DNA of 64,000 bases from an uncultured candidate division Zixibacteria bacterium (GCA_963664195.1 OY760907.1:3616001-3680000), one strand, 5' to 3'. Shown: positions 1 to 9,497, counted from the first letter of the stretch. Translations and numbers: made by a program. The notes: a model not told the origin generated them from the sequence alone.

Positions 1-612
1 TGCGACCACGAAGGCGGCAACGTCTCGGCCAACACCTGCCACACGGTAGGTTCAGCGCTTTCCGATCCGTTCTACTCGGTTTCCGCCGGTTTGAACGGTC
101 TGGCCGGCCCGCTCCACGGTCTGGCTAACCAGGAATGCCTCGGTTGGATTCTGGACACCATGAAGAAGTTCAAGGGTGCCCCGACCGACAAGCAGATCGA
201 AGACTACGCATGGGAAACGCTCAACAGCGGCAAGGTTATTCCGGGCTACGGCCACGCTGTCCTGCGCGTGACCGACCCGCGCTTCTCGGCCTTCAACGCT
301 TTCGGCAAAAAGTATCTCAAGGACGATCCGGTCTTCCAGACTGTCGATCGCGTCTTCAAGATCGTACCGAAGGTCCTCAAGGCTCACGGCAAGGCCAAGA
401 ACCCGTGGCCGAACGTTGACGCCGGTTCCGGCGCTCTGCTGTACCATTACGGTCTGACCCAGTTCGAATACTACACGGTGCTCTTCTCCGTGTCACGTTC
501 GATGGGTATGCTGTCGCAGCAGGTTCTGAACCGCGCCCTCGGCACACCGATCACCCGTCCGAAATCTGTCAGCACCGACTGGCTGTACAAGGCGGTCAAG
601 GCGAAAAAGTAA
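1..612 (+). CDS. gltA: citrate (Si)-synthase, eukaryote-like type, 5'-truncated by the window edge
   Basis: Frame +1 is open from base 1 and reads [31 protein letters not shown] and WPNVDA; TAA at 610-612. Confidence 0.95.
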   Translation, partial: CDHEGGNVSANTCHTVGSALSDPFYSVSAGLNGLAGPLHGLANQECLGWILDTMKKFKGAPTDKQIEDYAWETLNSGKVIPGYGHAVLRVTDPRFSAFNAFGKKYLKDDPVFQTVDRVFKIVPKVLKAHGKAKNPWPNVDAGSGALLYHYGLTQFEYYTVLFSVSRSMGMLSQQVLNRALGTPITRPKSVSTDWLYKAVKAKK

Positions 613-635
613 GACGGCTTACTTTGAACGGTATG

Positions 636-667
636 AGGCGTCCGCCATCCGGCGGGCGCCTTTTTTT
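636..667 (+). terminator. intrinsic terminator after citrate synthase
   Basis: AGGCGTCCGCC-ATCC-GGCGGGCGCC hairpin followed by T7. Confidence 0.85.
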
Positions 668-1029
668 GTGCAGATGCACGCAATCGCAAGATAATAATTG
701 ACAATCACCCCTCTTATACGTTATGTGTGTGTATCGAAGGGGATATTCACTCTGGGGGAATCTGATAGTCTGCCGGTATTCAGGTTCACGTTTTCTGTAT
801 TTTGACGGATAGTCGGCTCTCGTCGTTTGATTACGGAAATCCCAACACCGCACGCTAATGGCACTACAGAACCATAAACGACGGAGGGACTATCTTCTAC
901 CTATCAAGTGAAGCGTCAGCTAGCGATATTGTTGCTGGCAGGCGCAATGATCGCAACTGCGCACGAGGCAACGGGTCAAGTGACCAACGACCTCTCGCGG
1001 GCCGAATCGCAAGCGTATCGGATCGTTTT

Positions 1030-1057
1030 GTGGGCGGCAGACGCCCTCGTCTGCCCC
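1030..1057 (+). repeat. REP element, left copy
   Basis: GTGGGC-GGCAGACG-CCCT-CGTCTGCC-CC: GTGG tetranucleotide followed by a palindrome. Confidence 0.9.
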
Positions 1058-1076
1058 GGTTAGAAGGACGCAAAAC

Positions 1077-1592
1077 ATGGTAGTAAGAAAGAGACTAGAC
1101 ATAACCGGCCCCACACTCGTCTTCATAACCACCACTGTGTTTGATTGGCAACCCGTGCTAACTCAAAGGACCGTCGCCGATATCATCATCGAAGAGCTTC
1201 GCAAAACGCAATGTCTGTTTGAGATGTCGATTGTGAGCTACGTAGTCATGCCGAGTCATCTTTATCTGTTATTGGGGTTTCAAGAAGTCGGATGCCTGTC
1301 TCAGTGTATCCAGAGTTTCAAGAGCATCACGTCAAGGCGGATCAAAGACTCGACTCTCCAGAAGTTGGCGTCAAATGGCTACCGGCTATGGAAGCCTCGG
1401 TTCGATGATCTGGTTGTCCATTCGGAGAGGCAGTTGAAAATCAAGATGGAATACATCCATAACAATCCGGTCAGAGCAGGACTGGTGGAGCGAGCCGAGG
1501 ATTGGCTGTACTCGAGTGCAATTGACTGGCTGTCTTCGAAGCATGGGATGCTTGAGATTGACAAGGAGTTCGGGTGGTTGGCGAAACGATAG
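1077..1592 (+). CDS. REP-associated tyrosine transposase (RAYT, Y1 HUH); HUH motif altered to HLY
   Basis: Motifs FITT, YVVMPSHLY, LWKPRFDD and YIHNNPVRAGLV..DWLYSS. Confidence 0.9.
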   Translation: MVVRKRLDITGPTLVFITTTVFDWQPVLTQRTVADIIIEELRKTQCLFEMSIVSYVVMPSHLYLLLGFQEVGCLSQCIQSFKSITSRRIKDSTLQKLASNGYRLWKPRFDDLVVHSERQLKIKMEYIHNNPVRAGLVERAEDWLYSSAIDWLSSKHGMLEIDKEFGWLAKR

Positions 1593-1597
1593 GTGAA

Positions 1598-1625
1598 GGG
1601 GCAGACGAGGGCGTCTGCCGCCCAC
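1598..1625 (-). repeat. REP element, right copy (exact reverse complement of 1030-1057)
   Basis: GGGGCAGACGAGGGCGTCTGCCGCCCAC. Confidence 0.9.
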
Positions 1626-2004
1626 GGAATCTGACCCAACGCTGGCACCGGAACTCGTAATTCGCCCCGCCTTCTTCAGGAATTTCGATACAGAGGAATT
1701 GTCTCCTATCTGGGTCGTTGATCTCTTCGGGCTCGAGGGGAGCATTGGCTCCTCGGGACACACCCACCTTCGGCGTGAGTTTTGGACTCACCAGCAATGC
1801 ACTGTCGATTATAACACCGGCGGGTGCAGATCCTGCAGTATGCCACCCGTATCAAGATGGGATGATCCCCCTGAAGAGGACGAAACATGGGTCAATCCTC
1901 GTGGTCGCATACACATGCGCTCGAAGGACAGCGATCCGAAGTAAGGCATCCCGCCCGGGGTCGGCTACACGCTGGCTCCGGGATATCCTAACTGATCTCC
2001 CCCC

Positions 2005-2580
2005 CTAATTCCGCACGTACTTCGTTTTGACCGCTTTGGCCTCGGTGCCGTCAGGCATCACGTTGTACGCCGTGATCGTCAGATGATTCGTGTCGATCAA
2101 CTCGAATACCGTCCTCCAACCCCAATTCGGTTGACCCGCACCAACCGCGTACTCGCCGAATACAGAAAAGCCGGATTCGGTAGGCTCACCCACGGAGAAC
2201 AATATCCCGTCGCTCATGTGGAAGTCGTCGAACCACGAAATCTCAAACTTCTCCTTCACAGAGTTGAACGCGATCGTCTCCTCCCCCGTGCGCGGTTTCC
2301 CCTGAAGTTCACCCTCGTACGTGTGCCGGAGCACCCGTCCGCCGAGAATGAGCTGGAACTCGCCCGTCATGTTCGATTCGTCGGCCAGTTCACCGGGTCG
2401 AAACCAGGTGCGGCAGGTGCCTTCCCATGAACCGACGAGAGATTCCAGAAACGTCTGCGGTCTAACTGTCATGTCTTGTCCCTTTTCAGTCTGATCGTCC
2501 GTCGCGTCTTGTCCGAAGGCCGCTATCGCCATTACGAAAAACGCGCACAACGCCAGGGCGAGTGGTTTACAAACGTTCAC
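2005..2580 (-). CDS. DUF1579-family beta-barrel protein with signal peptide
   Basis: Signal peptide, then LVGSWEGTCRTW, WFDDFHM and WGWRTV. Confidence 0.8.
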   Translation of the reverse strand: MNVCKPLALALCAFFVMAIAAFGQDATDDQTEKGQDMTVRPQTFLESLVGSWEGTCRTWFRPGELADESNMTGEFQLILGGRVLRHTYEGELQGKPRTGEETIAFNSVKEKFEISWFDDFHMSDGILFSVGEPTESGFSVFGEYAVGAGQPNWGWRTVFELIDTNHLTITAYNVMPDGTEAKAVKTKYVRN

Positions 2581-2671
2581 AATACGACATACCCTGCTCT
2601 AAGAGGAGTGCATACTTTGCTATTGCATATCTAACTGAACGTTTCTCTTTCCGCAAGTGCTCATCCTCCCC

Positions 2672-2700
2672 TTGACTCTCTCACGGCCGTATGATATCGT
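2672..2700 (+). promoter_or_regulatory. sigma70-like promoter of the aminotransferase gene
   Basis: TTGACT-N17-TATCGT with an extended TG. Confidence 0.45.
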
Positions 2701-2798
2701 ACGCTTTCCGCCGGTTCCAGAAGACCGGGTGTCTTCAGAGTCGGCCTGTATTAAGTGAACGGTGCAACTTCGCGATAGATGCAAGGAGTCTGGTCGTT

Positions 2799-4220
2799 AT
2801 GATCACTACGAAGAACCTCAGTGACAGACTGATTGAAGCTGAATACGCGGTGCGCGGACCTATCGTTATTCGTGCGCAGGAATTAGAGGCCGAAGGCAAG
2901 AAAATCACCTATTGCAACATAGGTAACCCGCAAGCCCTCAAACAGAGACCGCTGACCTACGTGCGGCAAGTGCTGTCTCTGGTAGAATACCCGGCGCTGA
3001 TGGATAACCCGGCCGCAATCAAGGACATCCCCAAAGATGTAGTCGAACGGGCTAAGTCTATTCTTGCGAGGCATTCGTTCGGCACCGGTGCCTACACGCA
3101 GAGTGCGGGGATTCCGTTCATTCGCAAAGCAGTCGCTGATTTCATTGCCAAACGCGACGGCATCCCGGCCAAAGCGACGCACAACATCCTCACCGATGGA
3201 GCTTCCAAAGGCGTACAGGCGGTCCTCAGCGCCTTGATTAAGGGCGACAACGCCGGCCTGATGATACCGATTCCGCAGTATCCTCTTTACAGCGCCACTC
3301 TGACGCTACTCGGCGGCAAGGCGATTGGCTATCATCTGAATGAAGACAAGCAGTGGCAACTGGATGAAGACTTGCTCACCAAAAGTCTGACCTCGGCCAA
3401 GGATGCGAGCGTCAATCCGATTGGTATCGTCGTGATCAATCCGGGCAATCCGACCGGCGCGGTGCTCTCGCATGACAACGTCAAGATGATCATCGGATTC
3501 GCCAAACGACACAACCTGGTGGTCATCGCCGACGAGGTTTATCAGGAAAACGTCTACACCACCGGCTGCGAGTTCCATTCATTCGCGAAGGTCATGCACG
3601 AACTCGGCGAAACCGAGGTCACCCTGTTCAGTATGCACTCGGTATCCAAGGGATTCCTCGGAGAGTGCGGACATAGGGGCGGATATCTGGAACTTCGCAA
3701 CGTCCCGGATGACGTGCTCGCGCAGTTTGTCAAACTCCAGTCTATCAGCCTTTGCGCCAACGTGCCAGGACAACTCACCACCTATCTCATGATGACCCCG
3801 CCCGAACCCGGCGATGAAAGCTACGATACCTACATCGCAGAGAAGAACGGCATATTGAACGATCTTAAGACCAAGGCTGAGATTCTGGGCAAGGGCGTAA
3901 ACAAGATCGACGGCATGTTCTCGGACATTCCGCAGGGGGCGATGTATGCTTTCGTGCGATTCGAGTTGCCGATACCGCCAAGTGTTGATACAAAGAGCAT
4001 GACGACCGAAGAACGGCTGGCCTGGGACAAAGAACGTGACAGCAGATACTGCATGGCGCTTCTGGAAGAGACAGGAATCTGCGTGGTGCCGGGATCAGGA
4101 TTTGGACAGTTGCCGGGGACGCTGCATTTCCGGACGACCTTCCTTCCGCCGCGAGATGAGATCGAGGATCTCGTCGTGAAACTCAAGGAGTTCCACGAGG
4201 CATACGTAGCCCGTATGTAG
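2799..4220 (+). CDS. alanine aminotransferase, class I/II PLP, eukaryotic GPT-like
   Basis: EYAVRG, CNIGNPQ, PIPQYPLYSA, NPGNPTG, DEVYQEN, SVSKGFLGECGHRGGY and VPGSGFGQ; AAGGAG precedes ATG 2799. Confidence 0.9.
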   Translation: MITTKNLSDRLIEAEYAVRGPIVIRAQELEAEGKKITYCNIGNPQALKQRPLTYVRQVLSLVEYPALMDNPAAIKDIPKDVVERAKSILARHSFGTGAYTQSAGIPFIRKAVADFIAKRDGIPAKATHNILTDGASKGVQAVLSALIKGDNAGLMIPIPQYPLYSATLTLLGGKAIGYHLNEDKQWQLDEDLLTKSLTSAKDASVNPIGIVVINPGNPTGAVLSHDNVKMIIGFAKRHNLVVIADEVYQENVYTTGCEFHSFAKVMHELGETEVTLFSMHSVSKGFLGECGHRGGYLELRNVPDDVLAQFVKLQSISLCANVPGQLTTYLMMTPPEPGDESYDTYIAEKNGILNDLKTKAEILGKGVNKIDGMFSDIPQGAMYAFVRFELPIPPSVDTKSMTTEERLAWDKERDSRYCMALLEETGICVVPGSGFGQLPGTLHFRTTFLPPRDEIEDLVVKLKEFHEAYVARM

Positions 4221-4325
4221 GAAGGGGTTCCACCGCAAGTCTCTGATCCTCCGTAAGAGGGAAGTGGGCTACAAGATCGATTGTCCCCGGAGTCGGCCAT
4301 GCGCCGGCTCCGGGGACTGCCTGTC

Positions 4326-4769
4326 TCACTCATCCCTCAGGAATCGTTTTACAAACCGGTAGCTGAATTTCACCGCGCGGCACGAAATAGGTTCACAGAT
4401 ATGTGGCGGGTTGTCCTCTTTGAATCCTTCCGGACGAAGAACGCTGCATGTCATGCTCCCGAACTCCCGCTCAAACTCGGTTGCGTACCGATCACACGCC
4501 GCCACGATTTCATCGTCGGCAATCCCCCGCACACGACCGATCATGCCGAGGAACATCAACCCGCCCTCAGCCAACCCGCACTGCGCACCGTGTTGTCCGG
4601 CACCGTTCAGGCCGAGAGTGGAATCAAGTGTTTGCGGGGAAACCTCCAGATCGAAGCACTCCCCGAGTATCTTGATGGTAGTCGTGGCACAGTTGATTTC
4701 GAGATCACGGAAGTAATGCCGCACGAGTTGGTCGATTCTGGCGTCTTGGTTGGTGCTGATGTCTGTCAT
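4326..4769 (-). CDS. C-GCAxxG-C-C family putative redox protein
   Basis: NCA, QCGLAEGG, FGSMTC and ICEP Cys pattern; start trimmed to ATG 4769 because the longer ORF runs through a REP-like repeat. Confidence 0.8.
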   Translation of the reverse strand: MTDISTNQDARIDQLVRHYFRDLEINCATTTIKILGECFDLEVSPQTLDSTLGLNGAGQHGAQCGLAEGGLMFLGMIGRVRGIADDEIVAACDRYATEFEREFGSMTCSVLRPEGFKEDNPPHICEPISCRAVKFSYRFVKRFLRDE

Positions 4770-4825
4770 AGACGATCCTGAGTTGGGAGTTAAGAGGCGG
4801 TTTTCTATCGTGGCCGATCTCCTTC

Positions 4826-4922
4826 GTAGCGCAGGTCTGTCCTCAGACCTGCGAGGCCACGACCGGCTGGAACGGGGTTCGCAGGTCTCGAGACAACCAT
4901 TCATGGTGTTGACCTGCGCGAC
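4826..4922. repeat. REP doublet (REPIN-like) of a second REP family
   Basis: GTAG-CGCAGGTCT-GTCCTC-AGACCTGCG at 4826-4853 and an inverted GTCG-CGCAGGTC...GACCTGCG at 4880-4922. Confidence 0.7.
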
Positions 4923-4954
4923 AAGATGTCTGGCAAGAACCACTTGAATACGAG

Positions 4955-6979
4955 CTACGCCGCAGGTAACGTGATGACAAACCGCGTACCGCCGTCGTGC
5001 TTCGAGTCCAATTCAATGTCACCGCCGAAACCGGAGACGATCCGCTGCACGGTCGGCAAGCCGAGTCCTGTGCCTCCGGTTTTGGTCGTGTGGTACGGAG
5101 CAAACACCTTCTCTCTGGCCTCCGTCGGTATCCCCGGACCGCTGTCGGTTACAAGTATCTTCACCTCGTTATCGGTCCGGTTGGCTTCGATCGCGAATGT
5201 TCCAGCCTTGCCGTCAAGCGCCTCTTTCGAGTTATTGAACAGATTCAGAAAGACTTGCTTAAAACCGTCAGAGTCAGCATTTACGATCAGACCCCGCTCA
5301 CAACTGACGGTCACTTCGATACCCTGACGGTCTCCCTCAATACGCAGCAACTGCCCGATCTCTGCCAGCAGCCTGTCAACGTCAACAGCGATGCGTTGCT
5401 TGTTGCCTTCGCGGGCGAGCGCAAGAAATCGCGTAATGATATCATTCAGACGTGAAGTTTCACTTCGGATTTGGCCCGTAATCTGTTGATAATGCTCGAC
5501 ATGCTCTTGCGGCACGAACTCTCCAGCCAGACGTTGTGCAGCTATGGCAATCGTGTTCAGCGGGTTGCGGATTTCGTGCGCTACCCCTGCAGCCAGATTC
5601 CCCATCTCTGAAAGTCGCTCCCTTCGCGCCGAGGACCGTTCGTATTCCTTGAGACGGGTGATGTCGTAGACCACCATGACCACGGCCCCCTGCAAACCCG
5701 ATTCATCTGTCAGTTTCGACCGCGCGATCAGAATCGTCCGGCGCTCACCGGCAACGGAGAAGCTAATCTCCTTCTCGTCGGCACGGGCAGTCCTATCGAC
5801 AAACTCACTTAACAGACCAGCGTGATCGTTCATCGTCTGAGACCACTGTCGGCCGGTGATACCTGTCACCGCAAACGCGTCTTCAAAGGCTCGATTCGCC
5901 ATGCGAATGGTGCCGTCGTCGTCAATTGCCGCCACACCGGTATCCATCTGTGTGAAAATGCGATCGGTAAGAGACTTGATGTCGGAATACTTCCGGCTGA
6001 GCGCCTGGCGTTTCCGTCTCATGTTCAGATAGAGCAGCACTACCAGTAAGAGGACAAAAAGCGTCCCGGAAACGATGATGATCTGCTGGTCGAACCCCCT
6101 GCTGACCGAATAATACCCGTTGAGCGACAGCCCCACGCGGAACAAACCGTAGGGGTACATATCCGTGGAAAAGGGTCGAACCAGCTCCAGCACGTTCTCC
6201 CCCTGGAAGTCCAGCTCACGGCTCACGATTGAATCACTCTCCAGCGCGTCTTTGAGAAACGGATCGGATTCGATAGCCAGCAGTTCACCCGGTTTGCGGG
6301 AGGCGAATATGATTCCGTCGGTCGCTTGATAGATGATATATTCGACTCCCTGCTCACGGGCCATGTTCTGTGCGAGGAAACCGATCCCGGTCTCCGTGAC
6401 GGCGCGAGAGTAGTACTGGGCATCGATTGCCAGCACAATGACAATATCCTGCCGGTCGGTCAGCTCCAGGTAGTAGTGAACCGCCTCTCCCTGAGTCTCC
6501 CCTTCCTCCAGCAACAAAACATAGTTGGATTCTGGATCGGCGAGTAGACCGGCGACTTCATCGACGACAAAGTCCGGCAGAGGCTCGTAGGGGCCTCGCG
6601 CGACCACCCCCATATCAAGCGTGGAATCCGCGTCGTAGACATAGACTCCGAGCACATCGTGATTGAGCGCAAAGGACGCCAGTTGGTGCTCAGAAATCCT
6701 GCTGATATTCCAGTTAACCAGCGAGGTAACAAGATCACTGTATCTGGCCTGGACGAGATTGTCATAGAAGGCTTCAGCGGTGATTGCGTTTTGAGAGGCC
6801 TGCGCCAGCGCTTCGGTGAAGGCAGCGCCCTGCTCTCTCAGAAGAAGAAAACTGTCTGACCGGCTCTCTCTGATCGAGAACCATGCAATAAGAAACACGG
6901 CGACCGCGAAAGAAACCGCCATAATCGACAGCAGGCGATGATCGAATCCGGTGGGACGATCGTTGGCACTTCTGAACAT
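4955..6979 (-). CDS. membrane sensor histidine kinase with PAS domain (ZraS/HydH-like)
   Basis: Two TM segments; H-box AHEIRNPLN; N, G1 and G2 boxes (DSGPGI, GTGLGL). Confidence 0.92.
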   Translation of the reverse strand: MFRSANDRPTGFDHRLLSIMAVSFAVAVFLIAWFSIRESRSDSFLLLREQGAAFTEALAQASQNAITAEAFYDNLVQARYSDLVTSLVNWNISRISEHQLASFALNHDVLGVYVYDADSTLDMGVVARGPYEPLPDFVVDEVAGLLADPESNYVLLLEEGETQGEAVHYYLELTDRQDIVIVLAIDAQYYSRAVTETGIGFLAQNMAREQGVEYIIYQATDGIIFASRKPGELLAIESDPFLKDALESDSIVSRELDFQGENVLELVRPFSTDMYPYGLFRVGLSLNGYYSVSRGFDQQIIIVSGTLFVLLLVVLLYLNMRRKRQALSRKYSDIKSLTDRIFTQMDTGVAAIDDDGTIRMANRAFEDAFAVTGITGRQWSQTMNDHAGLLSEFVDRTARADEKEISFSVAGERRTILIARSKLTDESGLQGAVVMVVYDITRLKEYERSSARRERLSEMGNLAAGVAHEIRNPLNTIAIAAQRLAGEFVPQEHVEHYQQITGQIRSETSRLNDIITRFLALAREGNKQRIAVDVDRLLAEIGQLLRIEGDRQGIEVTVSCERGLIVNADSDGFKQVFLNLFNNSKEALDGKAGTFAIEANRTDNEVKILVTDSGPGIPTEAREKVFAPYHTTKTGGTGLGLPTVQRIVSGFGGDIELDSKHDGGTRFVITLPAA

Positions 6980-7025
6980 GCGGTCAAGCTACCCGTGACA
7001 GAACTCTTCGGCAACAAAAAACGGG

Positions 7026-8969
7026 TCAGGCTACCGTCCCGGCCGGCTTCGGAATCTCACCGGTGGTTGCGGCCACGCCGTTTCGTCTGACCGGCAGGCG
7101 AATGCTGAACACCGCGCCGTTGTCATTGCGGTAAGAGATCGTGCCGCCGTGGTTAGCAACAATCTTGCGACAGGTGATCAGTCCGATACCGTGACCCTTC
7201 TTCTTGGTCGTGAATCGCTCTTCAAAGAGACGGTTCTCGCGGTCAGCAGGTACGCCCGGACCGTTGTCACGGACATCCACCTGAACATACTCGGTATCAT
7301 GAACTGTCACGGCAGACGTTGCCACAGTGATCCTCTTCTCCCCCTCCTGCTCCAGAAGGACCTCCGAGGCGTTGTAGATCAGGTTGACGAGAAGTTGCTG
7401 CAATTGTCCCTGGTCAACCTCAAGCACGGGAACTTCGGGAGTGAGATCTTCAAATATCTGAACAATATCGAACCTGTTCTGCGGCTTGATGAAAGCGATG
7501 ATGTTTTCCACCAGCTGATTGGGCGAGGTCAACTCAAACTTGGCATCGCCATGAGACCTGTCCATCAGCCCGTTGGCGAACCGGGCAACCTGATCCACGG
7601 TGGTCTTCATGATATCCAACTTCTTGTCAATGCGCTCAGTTTTGCCTTTCTCGAGCAGCATGGGCAACAGTTCCAGATTGCCCATCAGTACCGCAAGGTA
7701 GTTGTTTATCTCGTGCGCGATTTCCCCGGCCATCTCGCCGCGAGTATAGTATCGGTCAAGCCTGATCATCATGTCCTGGAAGTTCTTACTCTCGGAGATA
7801 TCTCGAATGATGTACAGGGTCGCAGCAGGTTCGTCTCCCTGCGAGAAGACCGGCGACGACACAATGTACGCGGGGAAACTCTCATCATCTTTGCGGATGC
7901 ATCTTGCCTCACGGTCGGATCGTCCGCTTGAGTCCTTGTCTCTATTATCGGCACGGTGCGGTGGTTCGGCAAACAGCCTGTCCACTGGCTGACCCACCGT
8001 CTCCTCGCTCGAGTAACCGAAAACTTCACTGGCCGCCTGATTGAAAATCAGGATTCTGCCGGCAGCGTTTACTACGATGATGCTGAACGGCGAGTTGTCG
8101 ATTAGCGTCGCCAGGAATAGCTGTGACTCGATAATCGACAAACTGGACTTCTTCAGCTTGGTATTGTACTTCTTGAGTTGCTTCTGGTTATCCCAGAGTT
8201 TGCGAGTCATTGTGTTGAACGCGTTGGCCAGACGTCTGAATTCGGAATCGCCCTCCGGTTCGATCAGGTAATACAGCTCCCCTTCCGAGGTCCGTTCCAA
8301 GCCCCGGATAAGCTTGTCCAACGGCTGACGGAAACGCTTTGACATCAGGTACACCGTCAGCAGCGAATTCAGCGCGGCAAACAAGAAAAGGATTAGCAGA
8401 GCATATTGGAGGCGGGATCTTGTCGACATCACCAACCCGTGATCGGCAGACGCCACCATAACAGCAGCCTGACCGTCGTGCTCGTATTCCAGGCGGGTGT
8501 AGATTACGGAAACGGGTATTTCCGGCGAGGCATGAATCTGATCACCGGCTTTGCGTCCGAGCATGAACCGAATGATGGTTGTGTCTACGTACTCGATCAG
8601 GGCTTCGCCCGAGTTATTCTCGCCGTGACCGCCATGGGAATTGGAATGATAGAAAAGCAGGCCGGGGCCGACACCCTCGCCCGCGAGATATACCGCAGCC
8701 TCGTCGATACCGGGCTCGGTACCTATCAGTGAATTGAACTCTTCCTCACGCGCGCTGGAATCAGTGTCGCGGTCTGACGCCTCCAATGCACGCGAGACCA
8801 ACTGTGCGGTTTGCTGGACATGCTCGCGGACAGAGCATGTTCGCATGCGATGCTCTCGATCCTGACCGGGGAAAAACAGGATGAGTATGAGAGCAGCAAA
8901 AATGAACAGTACCTGGAAGATGATTAGATTGCTGAGTCGTACGAATATACCGGGTCTGTCAGTGAACAA
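7026..8969 (-). CDS. HAMP-PAS sensor histidine kinase
   Basis: TM segments, HAMP (LANAFNTM), PAS, AHEINN, DNGPG and GHGIGL. Confidence 0.92.
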   Translation of the reverse strand: MFTDRPGIFVRLSNLIIFQVLFIFAALILILFFPGQDREHRMRTCSVREHVQQTAQLVSRALEASDRDTDSSAREEEFNSLIGTEPGIDEAAVYLAGEGVGPGLLFYHSNSHGGHGENNSGEALIEYVDTTIIRFMLGRKAGDQIHASPEIPVSVIYTRLEYEHDGQAAVMVASADHGLVMSTRSRLQYALLILFLFAALNSLLTVYLMSKRFRQPLDKLIRGLERTSEGELYYLIEPEGDSEFRRLANAFNTMTRKLWDNQKQLKKYNTKLKKSSLSIIESQLFLATLIDNSPFSIIVVNAAGRILIFNQAASEVFGYSSEETVGQPVDRLFAEPPHRADNRDKDSSGRSDREARCIRKDDESFPAYIVSSPVFSQGDEPAATLYIIRDISESKNFQDMMIRLDRYYTRGEMAGEIAHEINNYLAVLMGNLELLPMLLEKGKTERIDKKLDIMKTTVDQVARFANGLMDRSHGDAKFELTSPNQLVENIIAFIKPQNRFDIVQIFEDLTPEVPVLEVDQGQLQQLLVNLIYNASEVLLEQEGEKRITVATSAVTVHDTEYVQVDVRDNGPGVPADRENRLFEERFTTKKKGHGIGLITCRKIVANHGGTISYRNDNGAVFSIRLPVRRNGVAATTGEIPKPAGTVA

Positions 8970-9003
8970 GGGTAATCCCCATTTCTAGACGCTTTTTCGG
9001 GAA

Positions 9004-9030
9004 TTATCGGCCTGGAACCGGAATCATTGA
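9004..9030 (-). promoter_or_regulatory. sigma28-like promoter
   Basis: TCAAT-N14-GCCGATAA upstream of the kinase gene. Confidence 0.5.
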
Positions 9031-9044
9031 CTACAGAAGACAAG

Positions 9045-9140
9045 TGAAAGAGAAAAGAATAGGGAGTGGCGGAGGGGGGATGCCCGACTCTAACGTCAGG
9101 TGGCTGGAGGTCCAGCACACACCACTCCCTACATCTTAAC
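9045..9140 (-). ncRNA. candidate small RNA or structured leader
   Basis: AGGGAGTGG...CCACTCCCT closing stem with two internal hairpins and a C-rich linker, followed by a U-rich run; promoter-like motifs lie immediately upstream. Confidence 0.4.
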
Positions 9141-9183
9141 GCTATTTTATCGGAAGTAACCTATCGTACTTACGACATGACTG

Positions 9184-9199
9184 AGCAACATCTGTGCCA
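9184..9199 (-). promoter_or_regulatory. sigma54 -24/-12 promoter
   Basis: TGGCACAGATGTTGCT matches TGGCAC-N5-TTGCW. Confidence 0.6.
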
Positions 9200-9497
9200 C
9201 GAAAGTACAGGCGGGTACATCTAACCACCAACTTCAAATATAGACCATAACACGTTAGCGTGCAAGCCAAAATGCACTATGAACCTGGGGGCAGCCACGA
9301 ACGGACAAACGCTGACGAGAACCAGATGCAACAAAAGTACATAGATTGCGCAGATCATTTCAGCCCCAAACCGGACACTCACCCCCTTCTCGTCTGTCAT
9401 CTTCCGGCGCAATCGCCGCGTCACCTCTTGTGGAATATGAAAAGGCCAGCACCACAAAGGATGCCGGCCTCGATAATCGCTGCGTTTAGCCTCTGAT

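Larger units (their letters stand above)
1030..1625 (+). mobile_element. REP-RAYT-REP cassette (IS200/IS605-superfamily HUH element)
   Basis: Perfect 28-bp inverted REP hairpins bracket a Y1 transposase gene; no target-site duplication. Confidence 0.8.
908..1944 (+). pseudogene. small secreted protein gene interrupted by the REP-RAYT cassette (segments 908-1029 and 1626-1944)
   Basis: GTG at 908 gives MKRQLAILLLAGAMIATAHEATGQ, which looks like a signal peptide. Joining 1029 to 1626 gives one 146-aa ORF (...YRIVL/ESDPTLAPELVIRP...) ending in TAA at 1944. Confidence 0.6.

Noticed and set aside
1948..1970. GTAG-led GC-rich palindrome resembling a REP
   Set aside because: The stem is imperfect and matches neither REP family seen in this window.
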